DNA of 64,000 nucleotides from Flavipsychrobacter sp. (GCA_044220845.1 JBGAQG010000001.1:74603-138602), one strand, 5' to 3'; positions 1 to 11,334 are shown, counted from the stretch's first letter. Translations and numbers: made by a program. Notes: generated from the sequence alone by a model not told the origin.

Positions 1-1319
1 GCACCCTTCTTCTTTGCTGCATCCTTCCCTTTGTCATCCTTCTTACCTGCTTTAGAGGCCGGCTTTTTCGGAGCAGTCTTTGAGTGCGGCTTCGCAGCCG
101 GATGGGCTGAGTTAGCTTTTAGTGACTTCTTTGCTGCGCTACTACTCTTCGTCGCCTTCTTCAGATCTTTTTTCAATTCAGGGGCAACATGCTTTACAGC
201 TTTCTTCGTATTCTTATCCACTGCGTGTTGCTGAGTTGGTTTACGCACGCTCTTTACGGAAGAACCTACCGCAGAGGCACCCGATTTCACTTGAGCGGGA
301 GGATGCACTGCCTTCTTCTTCTCCAGCTCTCGATCTCTCGCAGCCTTAGCCGCAGCAACTGCCTCTTCATACTTCTTTTGCGCCCTTTCGGCTGCAGCCG
401 CTTTTGCAGCAGCCACGGCAGCCTGATGGTTCACCTCAGCACGAATTGAATCTTCATGACGCTTCTGCGCTTCCGTTACTTCAATGCTGGTTATCCAATT
501 CATCTTGCTGATAGCCTTATCTACAGGTCCTTTGTAAGGAAGCGACGGAGAAGCGATCACCTGATCCTGAAAACGCACATCCAATGTTTGATACTTGTCC
601 CAGCCTATCCGGTTGAGTACATTTTTATAGAATGCCATTACATTCGCGAACTTCTCTGCAAGGCGACTCGTATCTCCCAGCAATATCTTCTGCTCGCCTA
701 TCACCGGTATCAGTTCGAACATACCCGCGGAATCAATAGCGATCTGTGAAACCTGAGCGCTCCAGAAACTATCGGTGTTGATGAATCGTGCCAGCCTCAC
801 TATCTGCTTCTTCATCCCTATACCCGCACTGTCATTACCAAGTTGGGGGACATTTGTAACTACGTTTGTGTAGTAGGTATAGTCGTCAGACAACGGCATA
901 GTGTGCAGCGTGCTATCGATGTAGTAACTCACACCATCAGCTCTGAACAAACGGGCAACAGGTACACGTCTGGTCACCTCTATATGCATCACCCTTTCAA
1001 TGTCGATATACACCTGCGCGTTCTGCACCCACGGATCAGTCTCAATAGCCCGCTCTATACCACGCACATCTAGCCTTGACACCGGTGTGTTCAGTATGTC
1101 TATATTTCGTTTATAGATAGCGAGGTCCATTATTTTCTTCTGCTCCAGAGAGTGGTACTTTCTGTCATTACTGATACTGACCACGGGCAACTTACGCAAT
1201 GGCTTTTCACCTTCCACAGTCGAAGCGCTTACCATGGCGATGACACAACCCGTTGCACCCACTATCGTGAGTAGCAACTGGAGTATCTTCCGCACTGATA
1301 TTTTACGCTTCTCTGCCAC
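1..1319 (-). CDS. ftsQ: Cell division protein FtsQ (TM + POTRA + FtsQ/DivIB-like region) with a long Lys/Ala-rich C-terminal extension; the 3' end runs off the window
   Basis: Absent from the supplied ORF track because it has no ATG start and is truncated. I checked every triplet by hand in the minus frame from 1319 down to base 1 and found no stop. The first codon after the murC TAA (1320-1322) is GTG (1317-1319). The translation VAEKRKISVRKILQLLLTIVGATGCVIAMV... gives a basic N-terminus and one TM helix, followed by a POTRA-like segment (VRGIERAIETDPWVQNAQVYIDIERVMHIEVTRRVPVARL). It sits directly after murC, as expected in dcw clusters. Confidence 0.75.
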   Translation of the reverse strand, partial: MAEKRKISVRKILQLLLTIVGATGCVIAMVSASTVEGEKPLRKLPVVSISNDRKYHSLEQKKIMDLAIYKRNIDILNTPVSRLDVRGIERAIETDPWVQNAQVYIDIERVMHIEVTRRVPVARLFRADGVSYYIDSTLHTMPLSDDYTYYTNVVTNVPQLGNDSAGIGMKKQIVRLARFINTDSFWSAQVSQIAIDSAGMFELIPVIGEQKILLGDTSRLAEKFANVMAFYKNVLNRIGWDKYQTLDVRFQDQVIASPSLPYKGPVDKAISKMNWITSIEVTEAQKRHEDSIRAEVNHQAAVAAAKAAAAERAQKKYEEAVAAAKAARDRELEKKKAVHPPAQVKSGASAVGSSVKSVRKPTQQHAVDKNTKKAVKHVAPELKKDLKKATKSSSAAKKSLKANSAHPAAKPHSKTAPKKPASKAGKKDDKGKDAAKKKG

Positions 1320-2678
1320 TTATTTGTTCTCCAATATTTGTTTTATCGGTCCTGTCAATTTATCTATGTCGCCCGCGCCTGCTGTAATGAACAGATCCAG
1401 AGGCGCAACTTTTACAAACTCAAGCAATCCGTCCTTCGACAAAATTGTGTGTGCCGAATTGCACATCCTCGTAGTGATAGTCTCAGACGTCACACCTTCC
1501 ATCGGCAATTCACGGGCGGGGTATATATCAAGCAATATCACCTCATCGGCCAGATCCAGACTGCGTGCAAAACCATCTGCCAGATCACGCGTACGGCTGA
1601 ACAGGTGCGGTTGAAACGCCACAACACACCTGCGTCCCGGGAACAATCGTTTGGCACTCCTGATCAATGCGGCGAGCTCTTCAGGATGATGAGCATAATC
1701 ATCAATGTATACAACCTTATCGGTGCGCACAAGATATTCGAACCTGCGCTTAATACCTTTGAACTGTGCTAATGCCTTACGAACCTTGTCGCCATTAATT
1801 CCTAACATCTGCGTAACCGCAATCGCAGCAACGGAGTTCTCAACGTTGTGCATCCCGCCAATGTTCAGCACCATATTTTCCAACTTCCAATCAGCGGCTA
1901 CTACGTCAAAAATGTAGCCTCCATTGTTAAGTCTTATGTTATCCGCATATATATCTGCAGCGTCGTTTTGTAAACTGTAAGTAACCGTCTCAGGCCCTTT
2001 CAATTCAGCTGCTCTGTGCAGACCATGCTTCACCAACAATTTACCCCCAGGCTTAATGTTCCTGGTATATGAAATAAAAGCCTCTTCCATTTCGGCAGGC
2101 GTTCCATATATATCAAGATGATCAGGATCAATAGACGTAAGCACAGCCAGGTCCGGGCTCAACTTCAGGAAGCTGCGGTCATACTCGTCAGCTTCTATCA
2201 CTGCCGTATCATTATCGCTACTCCAGTAGTTGCTCTCATAGTTCACCGATATACCGCCCAGAAAAGCATTACATCCATAACCCGTCTCCCGCAGCAGGTA
2301 GGCTATTGTAGTAGAGATGGTGGTCTTGCCATGTGTACCCGCCACGGTTATTGCATACATCGCTTCGGTGATCCACTTAAGCGCGTCGCTGCGTTTGTAT
2401 ACCGGATAATTGTTATCTCTGTACCAATTCAGTTCTGAATGATCTTTAGGTATAGCAGGCGTAAAGATCACCAGCTCAGCATCCCTACGCAGCAACGAAA
2501 TATCATCAGTATAGTGTACCTGCATACCCTCTGCTGCAAGGCGGCGTGTAAGGTCCGTCTCCGTGCGGTCATACCCGCAAACAGTGGCGCCGCGGCCCAT
2601 AAAGAACCTTGCGAGCGCACTCATACCGATGCCACCGATACCCACAAAATAAACGTTCCTGATGTTCCTTACATCCAT
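1320..2678 (-). CDS. murC: UDP-N-acetylmuramate--L-alanine ligase
   Basis: 452 aa. N-terminal VGIGGIGMSALA and Mur ligase P-loop GTHGKTTIST. dcw context. Confidence 0.95.
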   Translation of the reverse strand: MDVRNIRNVYFVGIGGIGMSALARFFMGRGATVCGYDRTETDLTRRLAAEGMQVHYTDDISLLRRDAELVIFTPAIPKDHSELNWYRDNNYPVYKRSDALKWITEAMYAITVAGTHGKTTISTTIAYLLRETGYGCNAFLGGISVNYESNYWSSDNDTAVIEADEYDRSFLKLSPDLAVLTSIDPDHLDIYGTPAEMEEAFISYTRNIKPGGKLLVKHGLHRAAELKGPETVTYSLQNDAADIYADNIRLNNGGYIFDVVAADWKLENMVLNIGGMHNVENSVAAIAVTQMLGINGDKVRKALAQFKGIKRRFEYLVRTDKVVYIDDYAHHPEELAALIRSAKRLFPGRRCVVAFQPHLFSRTRDLADGFARSLDLADEVILLDIYPARELPMEGVTSETITTRMCNSAHTILSKDGLLEFVKVAPLDLFITAGAGDIDKLTGPIKQILENK

Positions 2679-2691
2679 TTTCTACTTCTTT

Positions 2692-3798
2692 CTATCTGTT
2701 AGGCTTTGCTATTTCAATCACTTTTGCCGCAATTCTTTCGTCCGCGTCCTTTATGGCCACACTGCTCAAATTTTTAATCATCTCCTGTTGTACCGACTGA
2801 TCGTTCATCAGTTCCTTCAACTTGCCCACCAATGCGCTGTTCACCTCACTATCTTTAACCATCCACGCCGCCTTATTATTTACTAACGCCATCGCATTAC
2901 TCTCTTGGTGATTTTCTGCAGCATGCGGATAGGGCACAAATATCACCGGCTTGCCGGCTATGCACAGTTCTGCTATTGCCAGTGCGCCCGCTCTAGAGAT
3001 CACCACGTCAGCAGCAGCATAGGCATAATCCATCTCGGCAATAAAATCGCGCACAACTACTTTGTCGCCAAACATTGCTGCAGCTGCACAAGCTTGCTCG
3101 TAATAAGGCTTACCTGTTTGCCACAGCAACTGCACCTGCTCGCTCACAATGTTGGCAAGACCGGCCTCAACCGCCTCGTTCACCGAACGGGCACCTAAGC
3201 TTCCGCCTATCACCAATACCGTCCTGCGGCCTTCTTTCAGTCCGAACTTCGTACGCCCCTCAGCCGATGAGCGGTTCATGTCTGCAATCGCTTTCCGAAC
3301 CGGATTACCCGTCACATGCAATACTGCGGCCGGAAAGAAACGCTCCATACCCGAGTAGGCTACACATATCGCCTTCGCGTTCTTGCCCAGTATCTTGTTA
3401 CTTTTTCCTGCCCACGAATTCTGCTCCTGTATCAAAGTAGGAATACCTGCAGCCTGCCCCGCATGCAGTATGGGGAAGCTGGCATAACCGCCAACACCCA
3501 CTATTGCCGTAGGTGCAAACTCCTTTATTATACTCCTTGCCTGCATTCTGCTCTTTAATAACTTCAGTGGAAGTGTTATGTTCTTCCACATATTGCTCCT
3601 ATTGAACCCCGCTATGTCCAACCCTACTATTTCAAATCCCTCCCGCGGCACTTTCTCCATTTCCATCTTCCCCTTCGCGCCTACAAACAACAGGCGAGTG
3701 CCCGGCTCCAGACGCTGTAACGCGTGTCCTATGGCCACCGCAGGGAATATATGTCCCCCGGTACCACCACCTGCTATTATGACACGCATCTCACTCAT
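2692..3798 (-). CDS. murG: Undecaprenyldiphospho-muramoylpentapeptide beta-N-acetylglucosaminyltransferase
   Basis: 368 aa. N-terminal GGTGGHIFPAVAI motif. dcw context. Confidence 0.95.
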   Translation of the reverse strand: MSEMRVIIAGGGTGGHIFPAVAIGHALQRLEPGTRLLFVGAKGKMEMEKVPREGFEIVGLDIAGFNRSNMWKNITLPLKLLKSRMQARSIIKEFAPTAIVGVGGYASFPILHAGQAAGIPTLIQEQNSWAGKSNKILGKNAKAICVAYSGMERFFPAAVLHVTGNPVRKAIADMNRSSAEGRTKFGLKEGRRTVLVIGGSLGARSVNEAVEAGLANIVSEQVQLLWQTGKPYYEQACAAAAMFGDKVVVRDFIAEMDYAYAAADVVISRAGALAIAELCIAGKPVIFVPYPHAAENHQESNAMALVNNKAAWMVKDSEVNSALVGKLKELMNDQSVQQEMIKNLSSVAIKDADERIAAKVIEIAKPNR

Positions 3799-3812
3799 TT
3801 ATTTTACTCTTT

Positions 3813-5072
3813 CTATTTCGTTTTCTTACCCTTTAATGCAGCAACTGCCACCTCTTCCGATGCTGCTTCAGCCTCAGCCTCGGCCGCCGCAACTGCTGCA
3901 AGCCTCGCCGCGTTCTTTCGCTCACCTTCCATTTCATCTACATACTTACTCACGCTCAACACAATACCTATAGCTATACTGGTAAACCATATTGACGATC
4001 CACCCATGCTGATCATAGGCAACGTGAGACCGGTTACCGGCACCAGATGCACATTCACGGCCATGTTCAGCATAGCCTGAAACACAAGCGTTACACTTAG
4101 CCCCACCGCAAGGAATGCGCCGAAGGCAAACGGGCATCGCTTGAATATCAGTACGCTTCGCCATAGGAACAGCAAGTACAACAGTACTACGAAGGTCCCC
4201 CCGAGCAACCCATATTCCTCTATGATGATCGCGAAGATGAAATCAGAATAGGGATGTGGCAGGAAGTTCTTCTGAAGACTCTTGCCCGGTCCACGTCCGG
4301 TAAGGCCTCCATTCGCGATCGCTATCTTTGCTTGCTCTACCTGATAAACATCCTGGTGCTTGCTGTTCTTATCCTCTTCCTTAAAGAAGTCCTTCACCCT
4401 GCGCTCCCATGTAGCGGCACGACCAACTCCTGTAAGTTTAGAGATCGTAAACACCACACTCAGGCACATAAATCCTGCTACTGCCAAAAACACCAGGTGC
4501 TTCAACTGCACTCTGCCAATGAAGAACATGATCGCGCAAGTGGCACCCAGCATCAATGCCGTGGACAAGTTCGCCGGCGCTATCAAGGCGCAGGTAAGTA
4601 ACATGGGTACCAACACAGGTATAAAACCCTTTCTGAAATCTTTGATCACGTCCTGCTTAATCGTTAGCATACGTGCCAGAAACATGAACAATGCCAACTT
4701 GGCAAGATCCGATGTCTGAAAAGTGAGATTAATTACCGGCAACTTTATCCACCGGGAGCCCTCATTCAAACTGGTACCAAACATCAAAGTATAGATCAGC
4801 AGTGGTAGAGACCCCAGATACATATAAACCGACCATTTCGCAAACCTTGTATAATTGATTCGGTGCACATAATAAACAATAAGCAGACCGAGCCCTAATA
4901 CCATTACCTGTTTAGCCAGATAGTATCCTGAGTTTTTCTCCATGCGATAAGCAAGAGAACCTGTGGAGCTATACACCGCAAGCAGGCTGATAAAGGAAAG
5001 CACAAGCACGACGCCCCAAATTACTTTGTCGCCCTTCGTTCTTGTCAGTATTTGCTTCATTCCGTCAGCCAT
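3813..5072 (-). CDS. ftsW: FtsW/RodA/SpoVE-family peptidoglycan glycosyltransferase (FtsW by position)
   Basis: 419 aa polytopic membrane protein between murD and murG, with an Ala/Glu-rich C-terminal tail. Confidence 0.9.
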   Translation of the reverse strand: MADGMKQILTRTKGDKVIWGVVLVLSFISLLAVYSSTGSLAYRMEKNSGYYLAKQVMVLGLGLLIVYYVHRINYTRFAKWSVYMYLGSLPLLIYTLMFGTSLNEGSRWIKLPVINLTFQTSDLAKLALFMFLARMLTIKQDVIKDFRKGFIPVLVPMLLTCALIAPANLSTALMLGATCAIMFFIGRVQLKHLVFLAVAGFMCLSVVFTISKLTGVGRAATWERRVKDFFKEEDKNSKHQDVYQVEQAKIAIANGGLTGRGPGKSLQKNFLPHPYSDFIFAIIIEEYGLLGGTFVVLLYLLFLWRSVLIFKRCPFAFGAFLAVGLSVTLVFQAMLNMAVNVHLVPVTGLTLPMISMGGSSIWFTSIAIGIVLSVSKYVDEMEGERKNAARLAAVAAAEAEAEAASEEVAVAALKGKKTK

Positions 5073-5110
5073 GACTATTGTTTTTCTGTGCCTTCTGCTT
5101 ACTATAATTA

Positions 5111-6466
5111 TTATAGGCTCCTGACTGCTTCTTTAAATTGCTCTCCGCGATCTTCAAAATTGTTGAACCTGTCAAAGCTTGCACAGGCAGGTGCCAGCAA
5201 AACCACATCACCGGCCTCAGCGCAAGAATAAGCAGCGTGTACCGCCTCAGCGGCACCTGCTGTTTCTATGATAGTATCCACCATAGAATCAAAAGCATCG
5301 TGTATCGGCTGGTTATTCACACCCAGACAAATGATTGCCTTCACCTTCTTTTTCACCAGATCCATGATCTCGCCATAGTCGTTTCCCTTGTCCTGGCCGC
5401 CCAGAATAAGGATGGTAGGCTTGTCCATGCTCTCCAAAGCGAACCATACCGAGTTTACATTGGTTGCCTTACTGTCGTTGATAAAATCAACACCACGAAC
5501 GGTTGCAACATATTCCAGCCTGTGCTCCAGTCCCTTGAACCTTGTAAACGTCTCTCGTAATTTCTCCTTCCTTATGCCTGCAATGCGGGCGGATATGCCG
5601 GCTGCCATACTGTTATATTGATTGTGTTTTCCTTTGATAGCCAGGTCGTGAATGGACATATCAAAGTAGTCACCACCATACAATATGCGCATATTGTCGT
5701 CGTTGATGAATCCTCCTTCTTGGCCTGTAACGTTATCGCTCATTGTGAAAAAAATTGTAGTAGCGTGAATAGAATGGGTAGTAAAATATTGTTGTATTGC
5801 TTGGTCGTCTTTGTTTACTATGAAGTAATCGTCTTTCGTTTGGTTGAGTGTGATCCGAAACTTTGATGCGACATAATTCTCAAACTTGTAGTCATATCTG
5901 TCCAGATGATCTGGGGTAATGTTGAGCAGTATCCCGATGTCTGGTCGGAACTGGTGAATATCGTCCAGTTGAAAGCTGCTGATCTCCATCACATACCATG
6001 CACAAGGGCGCTCTGCTATCTGACGGGCAAAGCTGTACCCGATATTGCCAACGAGTGCCACATCATAGCCGGCATCTTTAAACAGTGTATAGGTGAGCAT
6101 AGTTGTTGTGCTCTTACCATTGCTGCCGGTTATCGCCACTATCCTGCTATCGCCTTTATATCGGTATCCGAACTCTATCTCGCTGCACACTTCTATGCCG
6201 GCTGCCCTCACCTTCTTCATGATGGCCGTCTTATCGCTGATACCCGGGCTTTTCACCAAACAGTCCGCGTTCAGTACCAGATCGTCTGTATGTGCACCCT
6301 CTTCAAACAGTATAGCGTGCGCTTCAAGGGTCTCTCTGAACTTCGGCTTGATCTTTCCACCGTCGCTCACAAACACATCCCATCCCTGCTGCTTGCCAAG
6401 CAATGCAGCCCCTACACCGCTTTCAGCGGCGCCGAGTATGACAAGACGTTTTGCTACTGTACTCAT
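5111..6466 (-). CDS. murD: UDP-N-acetylmuramoylalanine--D-glutamate ligase
   Basis: 451 aa. ITGSNGKSTTT P-loop. dcw context. Confidence 0.95.
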   Translation of the reverse strand: MSTVAKRLVILGAAESGVGAALLGKQQGWDVFVSDGGKIKPKFRETLEAHAILFEEGAHTDDLVLNADCLVKSPGISDKTAIMKKVRAAGIEVCSEIEFGYRYKGDSRIVAITGSNGKSTTTMLTYTLFKDAGYDVALVGNIGYSFARQIAERPCAWYVMEISSFQLDDIHQFRPDIGILLNITPDHLDRYDYKFENYVASKFRITLNQTKDDYFIVNKDDQAIQQYFTTHSIHATTIFFTMSDNVTGQEGGFINDDNMRILYGGDYFDMSIHDLAIKGKHNQYNSMAAGISARIAGIRKEKLRETFTRFKGLEHRLEYVATVRGVDFINDSKATNVNSVWFALESMDKPTILILGGQDKGNDYGEIMDLVKKKVKAIICLGVNNQPIHDAFDSMVDTIIETAGAAEAVHAAYSCAEAGDVVLLAPACASFDRFNNFEDRGEQFKEAVRSL

Positions 6467-6470
6467 TTCC

Positions 6471-7742
6471 TTACTGCAGCTTTAATGTTACTATACTCAT
6501 AATGGCCAACATGATGCCCACTATCCAGAACCTCGTTACGATCTTCGCTTCGTGATATCCCTTCTTTTGATAATGATGGTGAAGGGGCGACATCAGGAAA
6601 ATGCGTCGGCCTTCTCCAAACTTTTTCTTCGTCCGTTTGAAATACCATACCTGTAATATTACCGATAGGTTCTCTACCAGAAATACTCCACAAATAATAG
6701 GTATCAACAACTCCTTCCTCACAATGATGGCAAGTGATGCAATGATACCACCCAGTGCCAGGCTACCGGTGTCGCCCATGAACACCTGTGCAGGATAAGC
6801 ATTGTACCAAAGGAATCCTACACATGCACCAACAAATGCACCAATGAAAATGGATAACTCGCCAAGATTAGGTATATCCATAATGCCCAGATAACCCGCA
6901 AAAACGTAGTTACCGGACACATATGCGAACACACCCAGGCACACACCTATGATTGCCGACACTCCTGTTGCCAATCCGTCTATACCATCGGTAAGATTGG
7001 CACCGTTTGAAACGGCCGTGATGATGAAGATCACAAACAGTATGTATATAAGCGGTGTCGTCCATTCCACGTTCTTCTCACCGAAGATCCTCGCTATCTT
7101 TTCATACCTGAATTCGTGCGACTTCAAAAAAGGTATCGTAGTTGTCGCTGTGCGCACTTTAACATACGTGTGTTCTCGACCCTTATCATCCTTGCGCACA
7201 TAACGCGCGTTATCCGCTTTCTCTGTAACACTATAAACACCTTCCTGGCCCCGTGTCACCTCGCGGCTGATCACCACATTCTCATTATAATACATGGTCA
7301 CACCCACAATAACACCAAGCCCAATCTGCCCCATTATCTTGAAACGGCCGGCCAGTCCTTCTTTATTCTTCTTAAACACCTTGATGTAATCATCCAGAAA
7401 TCCTACTATCCCCAACCAGACAGTTGAAACGATCATAAGCAGGATGTACACGTTCAGCACACGCGCGAAGAGCAATGTAGGAATGAGTATAGACGCAAGA
7501 ATAATGATGCCACCCATTGTTGGCGTACCTTTCTTTTGTTGCTCACCGGCAAGACCCAGGTCGCGCACAGTTTCTCCTATCTGCTTACGACGCAGAAAGT
7601 CTATCAGTCGCTTGCCGAACACCATCGATATAGTTAGCGACAGAATGATAGCCATGGCAGCCCTGAATGTGATATAATTGAACACACCCGCCCCCGAAAG
7701 GTGGAACGTATCGCGCAGGTATGTAAACAAATAGTACAGCAT
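6471..7742 (-). CDS. mraY: Phospho-N-acetylmuramoyl-pentapeptide transferase
   Basis: 423 aa polytopic protein. Motifs [18 protein letters not shown] and [11 protein letters not shown]. Confidence 0.95.
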   Translation of the reverse strand: MLYYLFTYLRDTFHLSGAGVFNYITFRAAMAIILSLTISMVFGKRLIDFLRRKQIGETVRDLGLAGEQQKKGTPTMGGIIILASILIPTLLFARVLNVYILLMIVSTVWLGIVGFLDDYIKVFKKNKEGLAGRFKIMGQIGLGVIVGVTMYYNENVVISREVTRGQEGVYSVTEKADNARYVRKDDKGREHTYVKVRTATTTIPFLKSHEFRYEKIARIFGEKNVEWTTPLIYILFVIFIITAVSNGANLTDGIDGLATGVSAIIGVCLGVFAYVSGNYVFAGYLGIMDIPNLGELSIFIGAFVGACVGFLWYNAYPAQVFMGDTGSLALGGIIASLAIIVRKELLIPIICGVFLVENLSVILQVWYFKRTKKKFGEGRRIFLMSPLHHHYQKKGYHEAKIVTRFWIVGIMLAIMSIVTLKLQ

Positions 7743-7750
7743 GCTGCCTG

Positions 7751-9217
7751 TTATTTATTGAGTGTTTCGAATACTTCTGTTAAAACTTCCTTGTCGTCAA
7801 AATGATGCTTCACACCTTTGATCTCCTGATAATTCTCGTGCCCCTTTCCTGCCACTAATATCACGTCGCCGGGCTGTGCCAGTGAACACGCCACCTTTAT
7901 TGCCTCTCGCCTGTCGGTTATCCGCAACGATTTGCGCTTCTGCACACCGGTCAGTCCGGCTTCCATATCATTCAGGATCGCTTCAGGGTCTTCGCTGCGT
8001 GGATTGTCTGATGTAAGTACCGCCTTGTCACTATGCTCACATGCTACCTGTGCCATCACAGGACGCTTTGTAGTATCTCTGTCTCCGCCGCACCCCACTA
8101 CCGTGATCAACTGCTGACCGTTTGTCCGCAATTGATTAATGGTTGCCAGCACATTGATCAGCGCATCTGGCGTGTGTGCATAGTCTACTATTCCCAGTAT
8201 CTTGTCTTCAGGCGAAACCAGGGTTTCGAAACGACCGGGTGCACCCTGCAGTCCACTCAGCACCGCCAAAATCTGCACCGGATCCTCACCCAGCAACTTT
8301 GCTGCGCCATATACAGCCAGCAGATTGTAAGCATTGAACGTACCGATCATCCTGAAATGAGCCTCGTGCCCATCTACTGTCATCACCAGCCCCGACAGGT
8401 TGTTCTCCAGCACCTTTCCCTTCACGTCGGCCGGTGCCTTCAGACTGTACGTAAACCTACGTGCGTCCGTGTTCTGCAGCATCACCATTCCTCGTTTATC
8501 ATCTATGTTCGTTAGCGCAAATGCGCCTTCAGGCAAACCGTCAAAGAACATCTTCTTCACCCTGATATACTCATCAAATGTTTTGTGATAATCAAGGTGG
8601 TCATGTGTGATATTGGTAAAAAGTCCGCCTGCAAAATCAATACCAGCTATTCTATGCTGATGCACTGCATGCGAACTAACCTCCATGAAGGCATAGGTAC
8701 ATCCTGCATCAGCCATTCGCCTCAGCAACGCATGTACCGAAACCGCATCTGGGGTAGTATGAGTTGAGGGAACCACCTCGGTGTGTATATGATTCTTAAC
8801 CGTAGACAACAGACCACATTTATAACCCATAGCCTCAAACAACTGATACAGCAATGTTGCAGTGGTGGTCTTGCCATTAGTTCCTGTCACGCCCACCACT
8901 TTCATCTGCCGTGATGGCTGACCATAAAAGATATCCGCCATCAACCCGGTTGCGGCAGCACTGTCTTTTACCAGAACATATACTACTCCTGCTACCTTTA
9001 CTTCCGGCATCCGCTGGCATACTACTGCGGCAGCACCCAGACTTATTGCCTTGTCAATGAAGTTGTGACCATCTACTGTGGTACCCGATACTGCCACAAA
9101 CACACTACCCTGCTGCACAGCTCTTGAGTCTATGCAGATACCGGAAACTGCAACGGAGGTATCTCCCTGCACCGTCACCGGTTGTATAGGTATCAATATG
9201 TCGCGCAGTAGTATCAT
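7751..9217 (-). CDS. murE: UDP-N-acetylmuramoyl-L-alanyl-D-glutamate--2,6-diaminopimelate ligase
   Basis: 488 aa. [12 protein letters not shown]-loop and DNPRSEDP motif. dcw context. Confidence 0.95.
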   Translation of the reverse strand: MILLRDILIPIQPVTVQGDTSVAVSGICIDSRAVQQGSVFVAVSGTTVDGHNFIDKAISLGAAAVVCQRMPEVKVAGVVYVLVKDSAAATGLMADIFYGQPSRQMKVVGVTGTNGKTTTATLLYQLFEAMGYKCGLLSTVKNHIHTEVVPSTHTTPDAVSVHALLRRMADAGCTYAFMEVSSHAVHQHRIAGIDFAGGLFTNITHDHLDYHKTFDEYIRVKKMFFDGLPEGAFALTNIDDKRGMVMLQNTDARRFTYSLKAPADVKGKVLENNLSGLVMTVDGHEAHFRMIGTFNAYNLLAVYGAAKLLGEDPVQILAVLSGLQGAPGRFETLVSPEDKILGIVDYAHTPDALINVLATINQLRTNGQQLITVVGCGGDRDTTKRPVMAQVACEHSDKAVLTSDNPRSEDPEAILNDMEAGLTGVQKRKSLRITDRREAIKVACSLAQPGDVILVAGKGHENYQEIKGVKHHFDDKEVLTEVFETLNK

Positions 9218-11331
9218 TAACTCAATTGAAGTATTATGTCTTGTCCTTTTACTAATCTTGTTCCTGTTGGCACCGATTGCGCCTGCACTTTTCCTTTACC
9301 CACAACACGCACACGCAATCCGTAATTCTCCAGCATATAAACGGCATCCTTCAGCTTCATTCCCGTCACATCAGGCATTACCCCCCTGTACACATGCCTT
9401 GGCACTACCTCACTACGCCTGTTAGAATCGGTCACCAGTTGCATCATCGTGTTTCTGTAATCAGCAACCACCGGCATTTTCTTACTCAGTCTCCCCAACA
9501 ACACATCATACGTAGCAGCAGTTGCCGCTTTTGCAGGTATAACTGACGAACCGGTCAAGGCCATGCTATCCAACGGTGCCGACCATGCGCCCATGTTCTG
9601 AGAGAATATCTTGTCAGCAACCATCCTGAACACCGGAGCAGCGATGGTACCACCATAATAGGCCGCGGAATGCGCCTTTGTACGTATCACTACACATATA
9701 GTGTACTTAGGATTTTCAAAAGGCATGTAGCCAACGTATGACCCCTGATATACACCATCTGTGTACCTTATTCCCTTATCAGCCACCTGCGCTGTACCGG
9801 TCTTCCCGGCCATAGTGTAGTATGGCGACTCAATTCCTTTTCCCGTACCATCTGTCACAACAGCACGTGTACACTTGCGAAGTTGCTCTATTGCCGCGCT
9901 ATCACAAATAGTCGTCAGCACCTCAGGCTCAAACGTCTGCACATCACGGCCATACTCCCTGATAGCACTCACCAGATACGGACGCATCATTCTGCCGTAG
10001 TTAGCCACTGCATTATACATCATGCAGGTATGCAACGGGGTGATCATCACACCATAACCCGTTGCCATCCAGGGCAGGGTTGTTCCACTCCAAAGCGCAC
10101 TCTTAGGGTCTGTGATAAACGACCTGCGCTCGCCCAGCAGGTCGATACCTGTTGGCTTGTCAAGGCGCAGTCTCCTCAAATGTTCCACAAACTTCGAAGG
10201 GTTGTCACGGTAATGCATTTCTGCCAGCTTCGCCATACCCACGTTACTCGATATAGCGTAAGCCTTCCATATCGGCATCTCGCCCAGCCTCGCATCCGGA
10301 TGCGAGTCCTGCATCATGCGGTTACCAAACTGCCTGCGTCCACCCTGAATATCCACAGTCTGATCAACATTGATCTTCTTGTCAGACAATAACGATATCA
10401 GCGTCGCCAGCTTAAAGGTCGATCCCGGCTCGGTTGGGATCGTCGCATAGTTAAAATCTTCATCGTAGCTACCGTCCTTCTGGCGACCCAGGTTCACAAG
10501 TGTCCTTATTTTTCCGGTAGCCACCTCCATCACAATACACGTGCCGTACTGGCATTCATATTCCTGCAACTTGCTCAGCAACGCGTGGTATGCAACGTTC
10601 TGCACATTCATGTCTAGCGTAGTGATCACGTCCTTGCCATTCTGTGGATCCACCTCGCTACCTTCCACCGGCACCCACACGCTACCTGTAGCCTTCTGAA
10701 CCACCCTTCGTCCATTCTCGCCTTTAAGTTGCTTATTGTATTTCGCTTCCAGTCCGGTTATATTACTATCTCTGAAAACACCTATAGTCCTGCGTGCCAG
10801 TTTTTCATAAGGCAGCTTGCGCTTTTCACGGGGTTCAGCAATAAAACCTCCGTAGGCCTTGCCCTTGTTGAATATCGGGAAGCTGCGAAGTGCCTCATAC
10901 TCGTAATACTTCAGTTTGCGCGACAGCAGGTAGTATTTATTCCTGTTGTCGTAAGCATTTACAAACTCTTCTTTAAACTGTTCAGACGTTTTTCCGCTTG
11001 CTGGGAACAGAGCAGCCAGACATGTACACAACGTATCTATCTTTTGCTCGAACAGCGTTGAGTCTATCACTGAGAAATCTATGTGCACATCAAACTCGGG
11101 GATCGATGAACTCAACAATATGCCATCTTCGTTAAGAATGTTGCCGCGCTCAGCTATCAACGTATCAAACCGCGTGTGCATCTCGCGCGCCATCGATCTC
11201 AGGCGCGGACCTTCCTTAGCCTGTATCAGAAAGGCCTTCACAACAACAGCGCAGCCAAACAGGAATATACACGTAAACGTGATATATACCCTGAAACGGA
11301 TATCGCTCTTTATGTTATCAGTAGCACTCAT
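9217..11331 (-). CDS. ftsI: Penicillin-binding protein (FtsI/PBP3-type transpeptidase) with C-terminal PASTA domain
   Basis: 704 aa with an N-terminal TM. Transpeptidase motifs STFK, SSN and KTGTA. The C-terminal MPDVTGMKLKDAVYMLENYGLRVRVVGKG segment is PASTA-like. Confidence 0.9.
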   Translation of the reverse strand: MSATDNIKSDIRFRVYITFTCIFLFGCAVVVKAFLIQAKEGPRLRSMAREMHTRFDTLIAERGNILNEDGILLSSSIPEFDVHIDFSVIDSTLFEQKIDTLCTCLAALFPASGKTSEQFKEEFVNAYDNRNKYYLLSRKLKYYEYEALRSFPIFNKGKAYGGFIAEPREKRKLPYEKLARRTIGVFRDSNITGLEAKYNKQLKGENGRRVVQKATGSVWVPVEGSEVDPQNGKDVITTLDMNVQNVAYHALLSKLQEYECQYGTCIVMEVATGKIRTLVNLGRQKDGSYDEDFNYATIPTEPGSTFKLATLISLLSDKKINVDQTVDIQGGRRQFGNRMMQDSHPDARLGEMPIWKAYAISSNVGMAKLAEMHYRDNPSKFVEHLRRLRLDKPTGIDLLGERRSFITDPKSALWSGTTLPWMATGYGVMITPLHTCMMYNAVANYGRMMRPYLVSAIREYGRDVQTFEPEVLTTICDSAAIEQLRKCTRAVVTDGTGKGIESPYYTMAGKTGTAQVADKGIRYTDGVYQGSYVGYMPFENPKYTICVVIRTKAHSAAYYGGTIAAPVFRMVADKIFSQNMGAWSAPLDSMALTGSSVIPAKAATAATYDVLLGRLSKKMPVVADYRNTMMQLVTDSNRRSEVVPRHVYRGVMPDVTGMKLKDAVYMLENYGLRVRVVGKGKVQAQSVPTGTRLVKGQDIILQLS

Positions 11332-11334
11332 TAC

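Noticed and set aside
31-1073. Plus-strand ORFs in the track (31-234, 122-349, 189-449, 456-749, 843-1073)
   Set aside because: They are antisense to the continuous, motif-bearing ftsQ frame on the minus strand. Their translations are low-complexity Leu/Ser/Phe-rich shadows of the Lys/Ala-rich tail.
7742-9217. Absence of murF (and ddl) from the dcw cluster
   Set aside because: This is the normal Bacteroidota dcw arrangement, not a deletion. murE is followed directly by mraY with a 9-nt gap.
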